A program made the position numbers and the translations under genes. Positions 49,694 to 59,085 of a stretch of 64,000 nucleotides of DNA are shown in pieces (position 1 is the first letter of the stretch; each line of letters starts with the position of its first letter). The stretch comes from Myxococcota bacterium (GTDB lineage: Bacteria > Myxococcota_A > UBA796 > CAJQPC01): positions 39,507 through 103,506 of the forward strand of contig DASCPX010000091.1 of the NCBI GenBank assembly GCA_036012755.1, read 5' to 3'. The notes below the pieces were generated by a model. It was not told the origin of the DNA, searched no databases, and saw only the letters and a program-made list of their open reading frames with translations.

Positions 49694-50863
49694 CTAGAGC
49701 GGAGCGTCGACGCCCAAGCGACCCGTATCGAAGTCCAGGTCGGCACCTGGGCTGAGCATCGACATCAGGCGCCCGGCGTTGGTGACCGCGACGAGCTGAC
49801 GGCCGACGATGAGCGGGGCGACGGTGATGCCGTCCATGAAGTGGCCGGGATCGTGCTCCCACAGCAGCGTGCCGTCCTCTTGCGCGACGAGGTAGAGCGA
49901 GCCATCGCTACAGCCCACGAACACACCGGCGTCGACGACCAGTGGGCGCGTCAGGGCGCCCGTCGTCAGGGAGTCCCAGGTCCAGAGGACCTCTCCACCT
50001 TGGGCATCAATGGCGCGGAGCTTGCCGTCGGTCGCCCCGTGGTAGAGGACCCCGTCCACCAGCGTCGGCGTCGAGGCCGTTCCCACCTCCAGGCGCCAGC
50101 GCACCGCCCGCTGCTCCAGATCCAGGGCAACCAGGGGCTCGCTGTACCCGCCGACGTAGGCCAGACTGCCTTCGACGAGAGGGGTAGCGATGACGTCCGG
50201 GTAGCGCCCCTCTCCTACCCTGCGCTCCCACTCGACCTCGCCGGTGCGCGCCGAGAGGCCCACGACCGCGCCGTCCGAGAAACCCACGATGAGCAAATCA
50301 CCGACTCGGACCGGAGATGGAGCGCCAAAGAGCGTCAGCTCGGTAGCCCGCGTAGCGTCGGGTGGCCTCGCGTAGCGCCAGCTGAGCTCGCCGTCGTCCG
50401 CGTCGAGGGCGTAGACGACATCGTCCACGTTGGCGACGAAGACGAGGCCGCCGGAGAGTGCCGGAGACCCGGCCACCGGCGCGCCGCCGTAGTGACTCCA
50501 GGTCGCGGTCTCGGCACCGATGCCGTAGCGCCAGGTGTAGCCAGCGCTGTCGGAGAAGAGCACCTCGTCGTCCAGCAGCACGGCCTCTGACTGGACCGGG
50601 GCTCCAGCCGGGTAGCGGTGGAGCTCCTCGCCGTCTACGCGGGCGACCTGCACGAGTGCGTCCACGGAAGCGGAGCCCAGGAACAGGTCGGTCCCGTCGG
50701 TCGCCGGCCTGCCGCGCTCGGTGTGCGTGAAGGCCATGAGCCGAGGTCCAGGCAGGTGGCGTTGCCAGTGCGGAACCGGTGCTTGCAGGAAGGCACCGTC
50801 GTAGTGCGGCTCGCGGAAGACCGGCTCGTCTTGCGCGAAGAGGCTCACGAGGAAGGGCAGCAT
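49694..50863 (-). CDS. BamB-like PQQ beta-propeller protein
   Basis: Multiple AlD...G...W blades; directly downstream of a YfgM-like gene (TGATG overlap). Confidence 0.75.
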   Translation of the reverse strand: MLPFLVSLFAQDEPVFREPHYDGAFLQAPVPHWQRHLPGPRLMAFTHTERGRPATDGTDLFLGSASVDALVQVARVDGEELHRYPAGAPVQSEAVLLDDEVLFSDSAGYTWRYGIGAETATWSHYGGAPVAGSPALSGGLVFVANVDDVVYALDADDGELSWRYARPPDATRATELTLFGAPSPVRVGDLLIVGFSDGAVVGLSARTGEVEWERRVGEGRYPDVIATPLVEGSLAYVGGYSEPLVALDLEQRAVRWRLEVGTASTPTLVDGVLYHGATDGKLRAIDAQGGEVLWTWDSLTTGALTRPLVVDAGVFVGCSDGSLYLVAQEDGTLLWEHDPGHFMDGITVAPLIVGRQLVAVTNAGRLMSMLSPGADLDFDTGRLGVDAPL

Positions 50864-51621
50864 CAGGTGCCTTCACCCTCGGGGGTCTCTACGGTCGTCG
50901 GCGCCGGGGCGTAGTCCGACAGCTCGCCGGCCATCTGGCTGTTCGGGAAGCGCACGAGGAACTCCTGTGCAGCTGCCGTTGCCTTGTCTGTCTCTCCGGC
51001 GCGTTCCCAGGCCTTCGTGGTGGAGACGAGCGCTACCTGCGCGAGGTAGCCCTGGTCGGTCTTCGCCACCGCCGCCCACTGCGCCGCGGCGCCTTCGATG
51101 TCGCCCGCCGCCTCCGCCTGCTTGGCGAGGGAGTTGCGCGCCGCGAAGCCAACGATCCCCGTGGTGTCAGCCGCGTTCTCGTAGGCAGCGGCGGCCTTCT
51201 CTGTCTCACCCAGCCTGGTCCAGGTGTCGCCGGCCTTGACCCAGCCGCTGGCACCGATACCGCTGATTCCAACCTCAGCGGCGGCCTCGTAGCGGCTGGC
51301 ACCTTCGCTCAGGTTTGCGACGTGCTGACTGTCGTCGAGGTCGTCGATCGGGGCAAGCCCCATCAAGGCGGCCTGGCTCGGCTCCGGCATGCGGCGATCA
51401 ACCTCGTCGATCGCCTGCGCCGTCTCCTTGAGCCGTCCCGTGTGCCAGCTCGTATACAGGCCGTAGACCAGCGCTACGAAGAGGATGACACCGATGAGGG
51501 CGAGCCCCTCCTTCCAGTTGCCCATCACCATCTTGTAGGCCCCCATCTGGGCCTTGAAGAGGTAGTCGACGTCCTCTTCTTCCCCAGGGAGCGGGACTCC
51601 GGGCTTGATGTCGTCGGCCAC
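50863..51621 (-). CDS. YfgM-like TPR membrane protein
   Basis: Short acidic N-terminus, NW..L...hydrophobic TM..GLY..W, then TPR helices ending RFPNS. Confidence 0.7.
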   Translation of the reverse strand: MADDIKPGVPLPGEEEDVDYLFKAQMGAYKMVMGNWKEGLALIGVILFVALVYGLYTSWHTGRLKETAQAIDEVDRRMPEPSQAALMGLAPIDDLDDSQHVANLSEGASRYEAAAEVGISGIGASGWVKAGDTWTRLGETEKAAAAYENAADTTGIVGFAARNSLAKQAEAAGDIEGAAAQWAAVAKTDQGYLAQVALVSTTKAWERAGETDKATAAAQEFLVRFPNSQMAGELSDYAPAPTTVETPEGEGT

Positions 51622-51687
51622 GCCGTCTCCGTGTGTGCACAGGCCTCGATTGCTAACCGGTTAGCGGGCCCGCGAGGAGACAAGACC

Positions 51688-52077
51688 CTGGGCCGGAATC
51701 CGTACATCGAGGCAGCCGCGCCGCCGCCACCCCGGCATCGCTATCGGCTCACCGTGGCCAACACCGGTCAGGTGATCGAGGTCGACCCGGACAACCTCCC
51801 GGACCTGGACGACGGACAGGTGGGCTCGCTCCTGCAGCTCTGCCTGGATGCAGGCGTCGACATCGACCACGCTTGTGGGGGCGTCGTCGCCTGTTCCACC
51901 TGCCACGTCTATGTCGAGGCCGGTTTCGACAGCGCTCCCGAGCCGATCGAGGAGGAGGAGGACATGCTCGACAACGCGCCGGCGCTGCGCGACACCTCTC
52001 GCCTTGCCTGTCAGTGCGTGCCGAACGGCTCCGTAGACGTCGTCGTCGAGCTGCCCAGCTGGGGCCGTCACGCGTGA
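51688..52077 (+). CDS. fdx: 2Fe-2S ferredoxin (ISC/adrenodoxin type)
   Basis: HACGGVVACSTCHV, EEDMLD.A, SRLACQ; start inferred at CTG 8 nt after GAGGAG. Confidence 0.9.
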   Translation: MGRNPYIEAAAPPPPRHRYRLTVANTGQVIEVDPDNLPDLDDGQVGSLLQLCLDAGVDIDHACGGVVACSTCHVYVEAGFDSAPEPIEEEEDMLDNAPALRDTSRLACQCVPNGSVDVVVELPSWGRHA

Positions 52078-52090
52078 GCGGGCAACGCTG

Positions 52091-52468
52091 ATGCCGATCC
52101 CGGTGCCGGAGCTCGCTCGATGGCTGGAGGCTCGAGTCCGGCTGGAGAGAGCGGTCCTCCCTCCCCTCCCCTTGTCGCTGAAGCCCAGCGCGTGGGTACT
52201 GAGCGCGTGCGCGCCCCATGGCCAACCTGGTGACGATGACGATGCGCGGCACCGCGCTCTGCTGACGTCGCTCTCCCAGTCCAAGCTGGTCCATCGCGAG
52301 GTCGTCCTGGAGTTGCCCGACCGGAGCCAGGCGGCGGTGCTCGTCCAGGGCATCGACCGCGCCCGCGCGGTGCGGCTCGGCTACAAGCGCAAGCAGTGGG
52401 CAGTCCTCGGTTTCGAGGGCGACCGCGTCGTCGTGGTCTACACGGGACTGGACAGCCACATGCGATGA
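52091..52468 (+). CDS. DUF3293-like small protein
   Basis: Pattern LSA..P.G......RH..L...L...GI....A..LG....Q.AV resembles DUF3293. Confidence 0.5.
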   Translation: MPIPVPELARWLEARVRLERAVLPPLPLSLKPSAWVLSACAPHGQPGDDDDARHRALLTSLSQSKLVHREVVLELPDRSQAAVLVQGIDRARAVRLGYKRKQWAVLGFEGDRVVVVYTGLDSHMR

Positions 52469-52564
52469 CGGACCGCGCGTCTGCCCAGGCACGACCTCGG
52501 GTTGCTCCGAGAGGGCATCAGACATATTCTCCGCTCTCGCAGCGATGGGTGTGGAGGAACGAGA

Positions 52565-53431
52565 ATGTCCGACCTCGCGGGACAGACTACGCAGCAGCTG
52601 TTCTCCCGCTGGCGCACCGGTGACGCTAGCGCCGGGCAGGCCATGGCCCAGCGTTTTTCGGACTGGTACTACGCCATCTCCGCGTCCCGCCTCGGAGACA
52701 GCAACTGCCGCCCCGCTCTCGAGCGTGCATGCAAGCGCTTCGCCCAGGGCGTCGCGTCGGTCACAGAGGCCGGGAAGCTGGCCGATTGGGCCCACGGCAT
52801 CATCGCCGAGGAGATCCAGATGGCGGGGGGCCGCGTTCAAGGCGGCGACCATCCCAACGCGCTGACCAATCACCGCAGTCCCTCTGAGCTCCTTCGCAAC
52901 AACCGGAACAAGCTCACTCCCCAGCAGGTCCGTTTGCTTGGCCTCGCCTACGACATGAACTCGAACATCGACTCCGTGAGGAAGGAAGCAGAGGCCGCGG
53001 GTGGCTACCCCCTCGCCGTGCTGGAGGCCCGGTACGCGCTCAAGCGCGCCCTTCGCGCAAATGACAACGTCCCGTTTTCCGAGATTCCCGACAAGCCCAA
53101 CCTCGACTGGGGTCCCCTCCCCCTGTACGAGGGCGGCCGCATGACAGAGAGCAACGAGGAGAACGCCTTCGAGACCTGGATGCTCTCCGACTTGACCCTG
53201 TGCAAGGACATCGCGGAGTTCGCCGCCTTCGCCCTCGCGCTGCGTGGTGGAGCATGGAGCGACAGCGTCGGCGCCGCGAGAAAGGGCCCGCCAGTCGTCG
53301 AGCGCCCGCCTCGCCCACCCAGGCGCGAGCTCCGGGCCGACATCCCCACCAAGGACAACACCGTGCTCTTCGTGGTCGTCGGGCTCGTCGTGCTGGTCGC
53401 TGCGGCCCTCGCTGCGGCCTTCTTGTTCTAG
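52565..53431 (+). CDS. Divergent ECF-sigma-like protein with anti-sigma-like segment and C-terminal TM anchor
   Basis: SD GGAGG; LFSRWRTGDASA...RF..WYY....RLGD; region-4-like LTPQQVRLL.L.Y...ARYALKRAL; C-terminal hydrophobic helix. Confidence 0.65.
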   Translation: MSDLAGQTTQQLFSRWRTGDASAGQAMAQRFSDWYYAISASRLGDSNCRPALERACKRFAQGVASVTEAGKLADWAHGIIAEEIQMAGGRVQGGDHPNALTNHRSPSELLRNNRNKLTPQQVRLLGLAYDMNSNIDSVRKEAEAAGGYPLAVLEARYALKRALRANDNVPFSEIPDKPNLDWGPLPLYEGGRMTESNEENAFETWMLSDLTLCKDIAEFAAFALALRGGAWSDSVGAARKGPPVVERPPRPPRRELRADIPTKDNTVLFVVVGLVVLVAAALAAAFLF

Positions 53432-53496
53432 CCTCGACCCCCGTCCTGGCCTCGACGTGCGCGGCGAGACCCGGGCCTTCGGGATAGATTCACTCG

Positions 53497-54342
53497 ATGA
53501 GCTTCTCCAGCAACTGGCAGCTGGACCTGGCGGAGATCGGTGCGTTGCGCCTACAGCACGCCCGCCGGGCCTTCAACGACCGTGATCCCGTGCTCGCCTT
53601 GGTAGAGGCCGAGGAGCTGCTCGAAGAGGAGCCCGACAACCTCGACGCCTTGATGATCGTGGCTGACGCGGCCTTGGATCTCGGCGACCCGGTGGTGTCC
53701 CGAGCGGCCTTCTTGCAGGCCATCGACCTCGGCGCCACGGCAGCCCTCGTCTTCAGCGGCCTCGCCGTGACCTGCTACGAGCTCACGGACCTCGAGGGCT
53801 GCATCGAGGCCAGCAACCGCGCCTTGGAGGTCGAGCCCGATCTCGCCGAGGCCTGGTACTACAAGGGCATCGCGCTGGACCAGCTCGGACTGGCCGACGA
53901 GGCTACGCAAGCGCTCCGACAGGCGATGTTCCACGACCCACAGGGCTTCCCCATGCCGACGGCGATGTCCACAGAGGACATCGAGGCCCTGCTCGGGGAG
54001 GCGCTCTCGTGCATGCCGCCAGAGCTCGCCGAGTGGTACCGCCGGGTGCGCTTCGAGGTCCACCGTTACCCCGACCTTCGCCAGCTCAGGGACTCGGACA
54101 TGCCGCTGTCGCCGTCGTCGCCGGCGCTGTACCACGGCACTCCGTCGCCCGAGCGGCAGGATCCCTGGCAGACGCTGCCCGATCGCGTCGATGTCTACGT
54201 CGGCAACCTCGAGCGCGCTGCTGCTCTGGGCGCGAACCCGGCTCAACTCCTGGCGGCGTCGCTGCGAAACGAGGCCCTCGACTGGCTAGGGCTGCCCGAC
54301 GACGGGCTGCCGCTGGTCTTCGCCGGTTCCCCGAGGGCTTGA
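53497..54342 (+). CDS. TPR protein fused to Zincin_1-like domain (HExxH lost)
   Basis: TPRs (RALEVEPDLAEAWYYKG); LYHGTP, LPDRVDVY, RNEALDWLG. Confidence 0.7.
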   Translation: MSFSSNWQLDLAEIGALRLQHARRAFNDRDPVLALVEAEELLEEEPDNLDALMIVADAALDLGDPVVSRAAFLQAIDLGATAALVFSGLAVTCYELTDLEGCIEASNRALEVEPDLAEAWYYKGIALDQLGLADEATQALRQAMFHDPQGFPMPTAMSTEDIEALLGEALSCMPPELAEWYRRVRFEVHRYPDLRQLRDSDMPLSPSSPALYHGTPSPERQDPWQTLPDRVDVYVGNLERAAALGANPAQLLAASLRNEALDWLGLPDDGLPLVFAGSPRA

Positions 54343-55106
54343 GGCTGCGCCTCACCATCTTGGGGTCGGGGACCACGCTGCCGGATCCGGAGCGGGGCGC
54401 GGCGGGGTTTCTCCTGCAAGCCGGCGGCGCCGCGCTGCTCGTCGACGGCGGCACCGGGACGATCGCCCGCCTGGCGCGGGCCGGGGTGGACGCGCGCGAA
54501 CTCGACGGCGGCATCTACACCCACCGTCACGTCGACCACACCGGCGACCTTGTTCCCCTGGTCTTCACGATGAAGGTCGGCATCGACCGCCCGCGACAAC
54601 GCAACTACCCGATCTGGGCTGGAGAGGGCTTCGCCGCCTTCCTCCAGGACCTGCAGGGAGTGTATGGAGGGTGGCTGGATGGCGAGGGCTGGACCACTCC
54701 GGTCACCGAGCTGCCCCTCGATGGCGCCGGGAGCGCAGAGCTGCCAGGTGGCCTGCGCCTCGAGACGCTTCCGGCGAATCACAGCGCGGGGGCCCTGCAC
54801 CTGCGGTTCTCGGCGGGGGACAAGCGCGTCGTGCTCTCCGGGGACACCGCGACGAGCGACAACCTCGTCGAGTTGGCGCGGGGAGCGGATCTGTTGATCT
54901 GCGAGTGCGCCGTGCCCGAGCCGGACGACTACGGTGGGCACCTCTGTCCGGCGGACATCCGCGACCTGCTCGAGCGGGCCCGGCCCAAGCGGACCCTGCT
55001 CACGCACCTCTACCCGCACGTCGACCCCAAGGCGGCCCTGGCCGAGATCGAGCGCTCGGGGTTGGCCGTCGAACGGGCCTACGACGGGCAGTGCGTCGAG
55101 ATCTGA
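54339..55106 (+). CDS. Metallo-beta-lactamase-fold hydrolase (RNase Z/BN-like)
   Basis: RLTILGSG, LVDGG.G, THRHVDH..D, SGDT, ECA, GHL, LTHLYP; TTGA overlap. Confidence 0.88.
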   Translation: MRLRLTILGSGTTLPDPERGAAGFLLQAGGAALLVDGGTGTIARLARAGVDARELDGGIYTHRHVDHTGDLVPLVFTMKVGIDRPRQRNYPIWAGEGFAAFLQDLQGVYGGWLDGEGWTTPVTELPLDGAGSAELPGGLRLETLPANHSAGALHLRFSAGDKRVVLSGDTATSDNLVELARGADLLICECAVPEPDDYGGHLCPADIRDLLERARPKRTLLTHLYPHVDPKAALAEIERSGLAVERAYDGQCVEI

Positions 55107-55109
55107 GCG

Positions 55110-56630
55110 CTATTCCCACTCGATGGTGGCGGGTGGCTTGCTCGAGATGTCGTAGACGACCCGGTTGATGCCGCTGACCTCGTTGATGATGCGGTTCGAG
55201 ATCCGCCCCAGGAGTTCGTAGGGCATCGGGTACCAGTCGGCGGTCATGCCGTCGGTGGAGGTCACGCAGCGCAGCGCGGCCGTGTTTTCGTAGGTCCGCT
55301 CGTCGCCCATGACGCCGACGCTCTTGACGGGAAGGAGTACGACCAGTGCCTGCCAGATGCGGTCGTAGTGACCCGCGGCGCGGATCTCCTCCATGGCGAT
55401 GTGATCCGCGAGCCGGAGCAGGTCACAGCGCTCCTTGTTGACCTCGCCCAGGATGCGGATGGCGAGTCCAGGCCCCGGGAAGGGGTGACGCCCGATTCGC
55501 GACTCGGACAGTCCGAGGCGCCTCCCGAGCTCCCGGACCTCGTCCTTGAACAGCTCTCTGAGCGGCTCGATCAGCCGCAGCTCCATTTCCTCGGGTAGCC
55601 CCCCGACGTTGTGGTGGGACTTGATGGTGGCGGAGGGCCCCTTGAAGCTCACGGACTCGATGACGTCCGGGTAGAGCGTGCCCTGAGCGAGCCAGTCGGT
55701 GTCGCCGATGTCGCGGGCCGCTGCCTCGAAGACATCGATGAAGGTCTCACCGATGATCTTGCGCTTGGCCTCCGGGTCCGACACCCCGGCGAGGCGGTCG
55801 AGGAAGAGGTCCTCGACCACGCAGACCCGGAGGTCGTACTCGTCGAACTCGGCGGCGACGGACTCCCTCTCGTCCTGCCGGAGCAAGCCGTGGTCGACGA
55901 AGATGCAGGTCAGCTGATCGCCGATCGCCCTGTGCAGTAGCGCCGCGACGACGCTCGAGTCGACGCCGCCAGAGAGACCACAGATGACACGACCCTGTCC
56001 GACCTCGTCTCTGATCTTCTGGACCTGCTCCTCGATGAAGGACCCCATCGTCCAGTCACCGGCGCACCCGCAGATGCCAAAGAGGAAGTTCTTCAGGATG
56101 ATCACACCCGCGTGGGTGTGGTGCACCTCGGGGTGGAACTGGAGGCCATAGCGCTTCAGCGCGGGGTTCTCGAAGGCCGCAACCGGGCAGCTGGCAGTCG
56201 CGCGCACCCGATAGCCGGTCGGCGGCGTCTCCACGTGGTCCCCGTGGCTCATCCACACCTGGCTCCGGGGCTCCACCCCCTCGAAGAGGCCGCCGGCCTC
56301 TGGTTCGAGCTGGAGCGTCGCCTTGCCGTACTCCCGGTGGGTCGACCGGGCCACGACGCCGTCGCCGAGCACCGTCAACAGCTGCATTCCGTAGCAGATT
56401 CCCAGCACCGGCGTCCCCGCAGAGAGCCAGCCCTCGTCGAAGGGCGGGCGCGTGTCTGACAGCACGGAGTCGGGCCCACCGGAGAGCACGAGCCCCTTCA
56501 GGCCTGGCGGGAGGTCGGGGGCATCAGTGCAGGGGCGGATCTCGCAGTAGACACCCTGCTCGCGGATACGACGCGCGATGAGCTGGGTGTACTGGGATCC
56601 GAAATCCAGGATCAGGATCAGCTCGTGCAT
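55110..56630 (-). CDS. guaA: GMP synthase (glutamine-hydrolysing)
   Basis: [63 protein letters not shown]. Confidence 0.98.
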   Translation of the reverse strand: MHELILILDFGSQYTQLIARRIREQGVYCEIRPCTDAPDLPPGLKGLVLSGGPDSVLSDTRPPFDEGWLSAGTPVLGICYGMQLLTVLGDGVVARSTHREYGKATLQLEPEAGGLFEGVEPRSQVWMSHGDHVETPPTGYRVRATASCPVAAFENPALKRYGLQFHPEVHHTHAGVIILKNFLFGICGCAGDWTMGSFIEEQVQKIRDEVGQGRVICGLSGGVDSSVVAALLHRAIGDQLTCIFVDHGLLRQDERESVAAEFDEYDLRVCVVEDLFLDRLAGVSDPEAKRKIIGETFIDVFEAAARDIGDTDWLAQGTLYPDVIESVSFKGPSATIKSHHNVGGLPEEMELRLIEPLRELFKDEVRELGRRLGLSESRIGRHPFPGPGLAIRILGEVNKERCDLLRLADHIAMEEIRAAGHYDRIWQALVVLLPVKSVGVMGDERTYENTAALRCVTSTDGMTADWYPMPYELLGRISNRIINEVSGINRVVYDISSKPPATIEWE

Positions 56631-56747
56631 GGGCCGATCTAGCAGCAGCCGCCTGGGCAGGGAGTCACCATTGCGTGACTAATTGGATGGCCGGGCTGAT
56701 GCTCAAAACCCGCCGGGGGCCGCCCGCGCCCGGTTAGGCAGGGGGCC

Positions 56748-58046
56748 ATGCACCGACTGTTCCGTGGAGCGCTGCTCGTCACCTGCGACGAGAGCATGGA
56801 CACAGCCGTCGCGGACCTGCGCGTCCGGAACGGGTTGATCGCCGAGATCGGCCAACTCGAGCCCGGCGACGCAGAGATCGTGGACCTCTCCGGGCGGTGG
56901 CTCGCCCCAGGTTTCGTCCAGACCCACGTCCACCTCGTCCAGAGCCTGTTCCGCGGTCTGTGCGACGACCTGTCGCTCATGGACTGGCTTCGTACCCGCA
57001 TCTGGCCCCTCGAGGGGGCACACGACGAGGAGTCGACCTACTGGGCCGCCCGTCTCGGCGTGAGTGAGCTCCTGCTGGGTGGGACCACAGCCATCCTGGA
57101 CATGGCGAGCGTTCGACACACCGACGCGGTCTTCCGAGCATGCCAGGAGGCCGGCATCCGGGCTGCTGTGGGTCGGGCCCTGATGGACCGTCCCAACGAG
57201 GCAGGCCTCTCCGAGTCGCGCGAGGCGGGTCTGCGCGGTGCATGCGACGAGGCTGACACCTGGCACGGCAAGGGCCGCCTGCGCTACGCCTTCGCCCCGC
57301 GCTTCGTTCCCTCCTGCACCGACGGACTCCTCCGCGAGTGCGCCGCCGAGGCCCGGCGACGGGGCTGCCTGATCCACACGCACGCTTCGGAGAACGAGGC
57401 CGAGGTCCAGCTCGTTCGTGAGCTGACAGGCTGCGACAACATCGTCCACCTGCACGAGCACGGGCTCACGGGTCCCGACGTGTGCCTCGCACACTGCATC
57501 CACCTCACAGACCACGAAGAGGCGATCCTCGCCGGGACGCGCACCCGTGTGCTGCACTGCCCCTCCTCCAACTTGAAGCTCGGCAGTGGAGTCGCTCGGA
57601 TCCCCGAACTCATGGCGCGAGGGATCCATGTCTCGCTCGGTGCGGACGGTGCGCCTTGCAACAACCGCATGGAGATCTTCACGGAGATGCGGCTGGCGGC
57701 GCTGATACAGAAGCCGCGTCTCGGAGCCACGGCGATGCCCGCCTCCACCGCGCTGGCCCTCGCGACACGCAACGGGGCAGAGGCGCTCGGGCTGAAAGGG
57801 GGCATGCTGGAGGTCGGCCGTCCTGCTGATCTCGTCGTGCTCGACCCGAACCGGGCCGGCGTGCTCCCCGCCTTGGAGCCCGCCAGCGCCATCGTGTACG
57901 CCATGTCCTCGGCCAGCGTCGAGTCCGTGTGGATCGACGGTGAGCCCGTGGTCCGTGACGGCCGTGTCGGGCCCTGGGATCCCGAAGAGACCCGCCGAGG
58001 TGTGCTGGCAGCGGCGGAGAGGGTGCGCCTGCGGGTCGGGCTTTGA
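56748..58046 (+). CDS. Amidohydrolase, 5'-deoxyadenosine/MTA-SAH deaminase family
   Basis: PGFVQTHVHL, IWPLE, HTHASE, LAHCIH, HCPSSNLKLGSG, GADGAPCNN. Confidence 0.88.
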   Translation: MHRLFRGALLVTCDESMDTAVADLRVRNGLIAEIGQLEPGDAEIVDLSGRWLAPGFVQTHVHLVQSLFRGLCDDLSLMDWLRTRIWPLEGAHDEESTYWAARLGVSELLLGGTTAILDMASVRHTDAVFRACQEAGIRAAVGRALMDRPNEAGLSESREAGLRGACDEADTWHGKGRLRYAFAPRFVPSCTDGLLRECAAEARRRGCLIHTHASENEAEVQLVRELTGCDNIVHLHEHGLTGPDVCLAHCIHLTDHEEAILAGTRTRVLHCPSSNLKLGSGVARIPELMARGIHVSLGADGAPCNNRMEIFTEMRLAALIQKPRLGATAMPASTALALATRNGAEALGLKGGMLEVGRPADLVVLDPNRAGVLPALEPASAIVYAMSSASVESVWIDGEPVVRDGRVGPWDPEETRRGVLAAAERVRLRVGL

Positions 58047-58876
58047 AGGTACTCGCGGCGGGGTTGGAGGCCATGAGGGAGGGACGGCGCTGCGCCCTGT
58101 GCACCGTGATCGGTGTCGATGGCTCCGCTCCCCGCGCTGCCGGGGCCCGCATGCTGGTGTTCGACGACGAGTCCATCGTCGGCACGATCGGCGGTGGCGA
58201 GTGGGAGCGTCGCTGTGTCCTTACCGCGCTCGAAGTCATCGACGCCGGGGTCCCCCGGCGCTACGCGGCACACCTGACCCGTGACCTCGGTATGTGCTGT
58301 GGAGGAGCCATGGACGTCTACATCGAGCCACTATCGACCACCGACCGCCTCCACGTCTTCGGGGCGGGACACGTCGGCCGGGCCCTGGCCGACGCGGCGA
58401 GACCCCTCGGATTCGAGCTCCACGTCTACGACGAGCGGGACGAGTGGCTGAATCAGCAGCGCTTTCCCGGCGCCACGCTGATGCTTCGGGATCCCAGACT
58501 ACAGCTGCCTCAGCTCGGACCTCGGGACTACGCCGTGGTCCTCACCCACAGCCACCAGCTCGACCAGGATCTGCTGGAAGGGCTCATCGGGCAGCCCTTT
58601 GCCTACCTGGGCATGATCGGGAGCCGCAACAAGGTCGCCAGGTTCTTCGTGCGCCTCCGCGCCGCTGGGGTCGAAGAGGCGCTCTTCTCCAGGGTGTGCG
58701 CTCCCATCGGGCTGGACATCGGCGCGGAGACGCCCGAGGAGATCGCGGTCGCGATCGCCGCTGAGCTCGTCCGTGTCCGCCGCGGCCAGCGCTCGATGCC
58801 CCGAGCGATGAGCGAGCACCCCCTCCCCGCCCGTGGCGGAGACGGAGTCGCGATTCCCCCTGCCCTCAGGGACTGA
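58043..58876 (+). CDS. xdhC: Xanthine dehydrogenase accessory protein XdhC/CoxI family
   Basis: GSAPR..GA.M, GTIGGG..E, LGMCCGG, FGAGHVG, THSH..D, YLGMIGS, PIGLDIGAETPEEIA. Confidence 0.9.
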   Translation: MKVLAAGLEAMREGRRCALCTVIGVDGSAPRAAGARMLVFDDESIVGTIGGGEWERRCVLTALEVIDAGVPRRYAAHLTRDLGMCCGGAMDVYIEPLSTTDRLHVFGAGHVGRALADAARPLGFELHVYDERDEWLNQQRFPGATLMLRDPRLQLPQLGPRDYAVVLTHSHQLDQDLLEGLIGQPFAYLGMIGSRNKVARFFVRLRAAGVEEALFSRVCAPIGLDIGAETPEEIAVAIAAELVRVRRGQRSMPRAMSEHPLPARGGDGVAIPPALRD

Positions 58877-58880
58877 ACCT

Positions 58881-59085
58881 GGTTCCCGCAATCCGACGTC
58901 CCGAACCTCGTCCACCGTCTCGTTGCGGGAACTACGGCACGCAAGGCGGGCCGCCGGGGGGGGCGCCGAAGGCGCGGGGGGGCAGGGCCCCCCAGAGGAG
59001 GAAGCGAGTGCCCCTGCGCCGCGAAGCGGCGGGCGCCTGGCGCCATCGGGAGTCGCGTCGCGACTTCCGATCGGGGTACTACCCC
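58881..59085. repeat. Cluster of GC-rich palindromes/hairpins (REP/MITE-like)
   Basis: At least six inverted repeats in the gap between convergent genes, two with GAA loops. Confidence 0.55.

Noticed and set aside
49679..49696. (GCGCTA)3 palindromic microrepeat between convergent stops
   Set aside because: Too short to assign a function; may be chance or a minimal terminator
56645..56690. ZMP/ZTP riboswitch (CCGCCTGGGCA, GGGAG, GTGACT fragments)
   Set aside because: Elements are in the wrong order and the GGCG pseudoknot partner after GTGACT is absent; an Rfam scan would settle it
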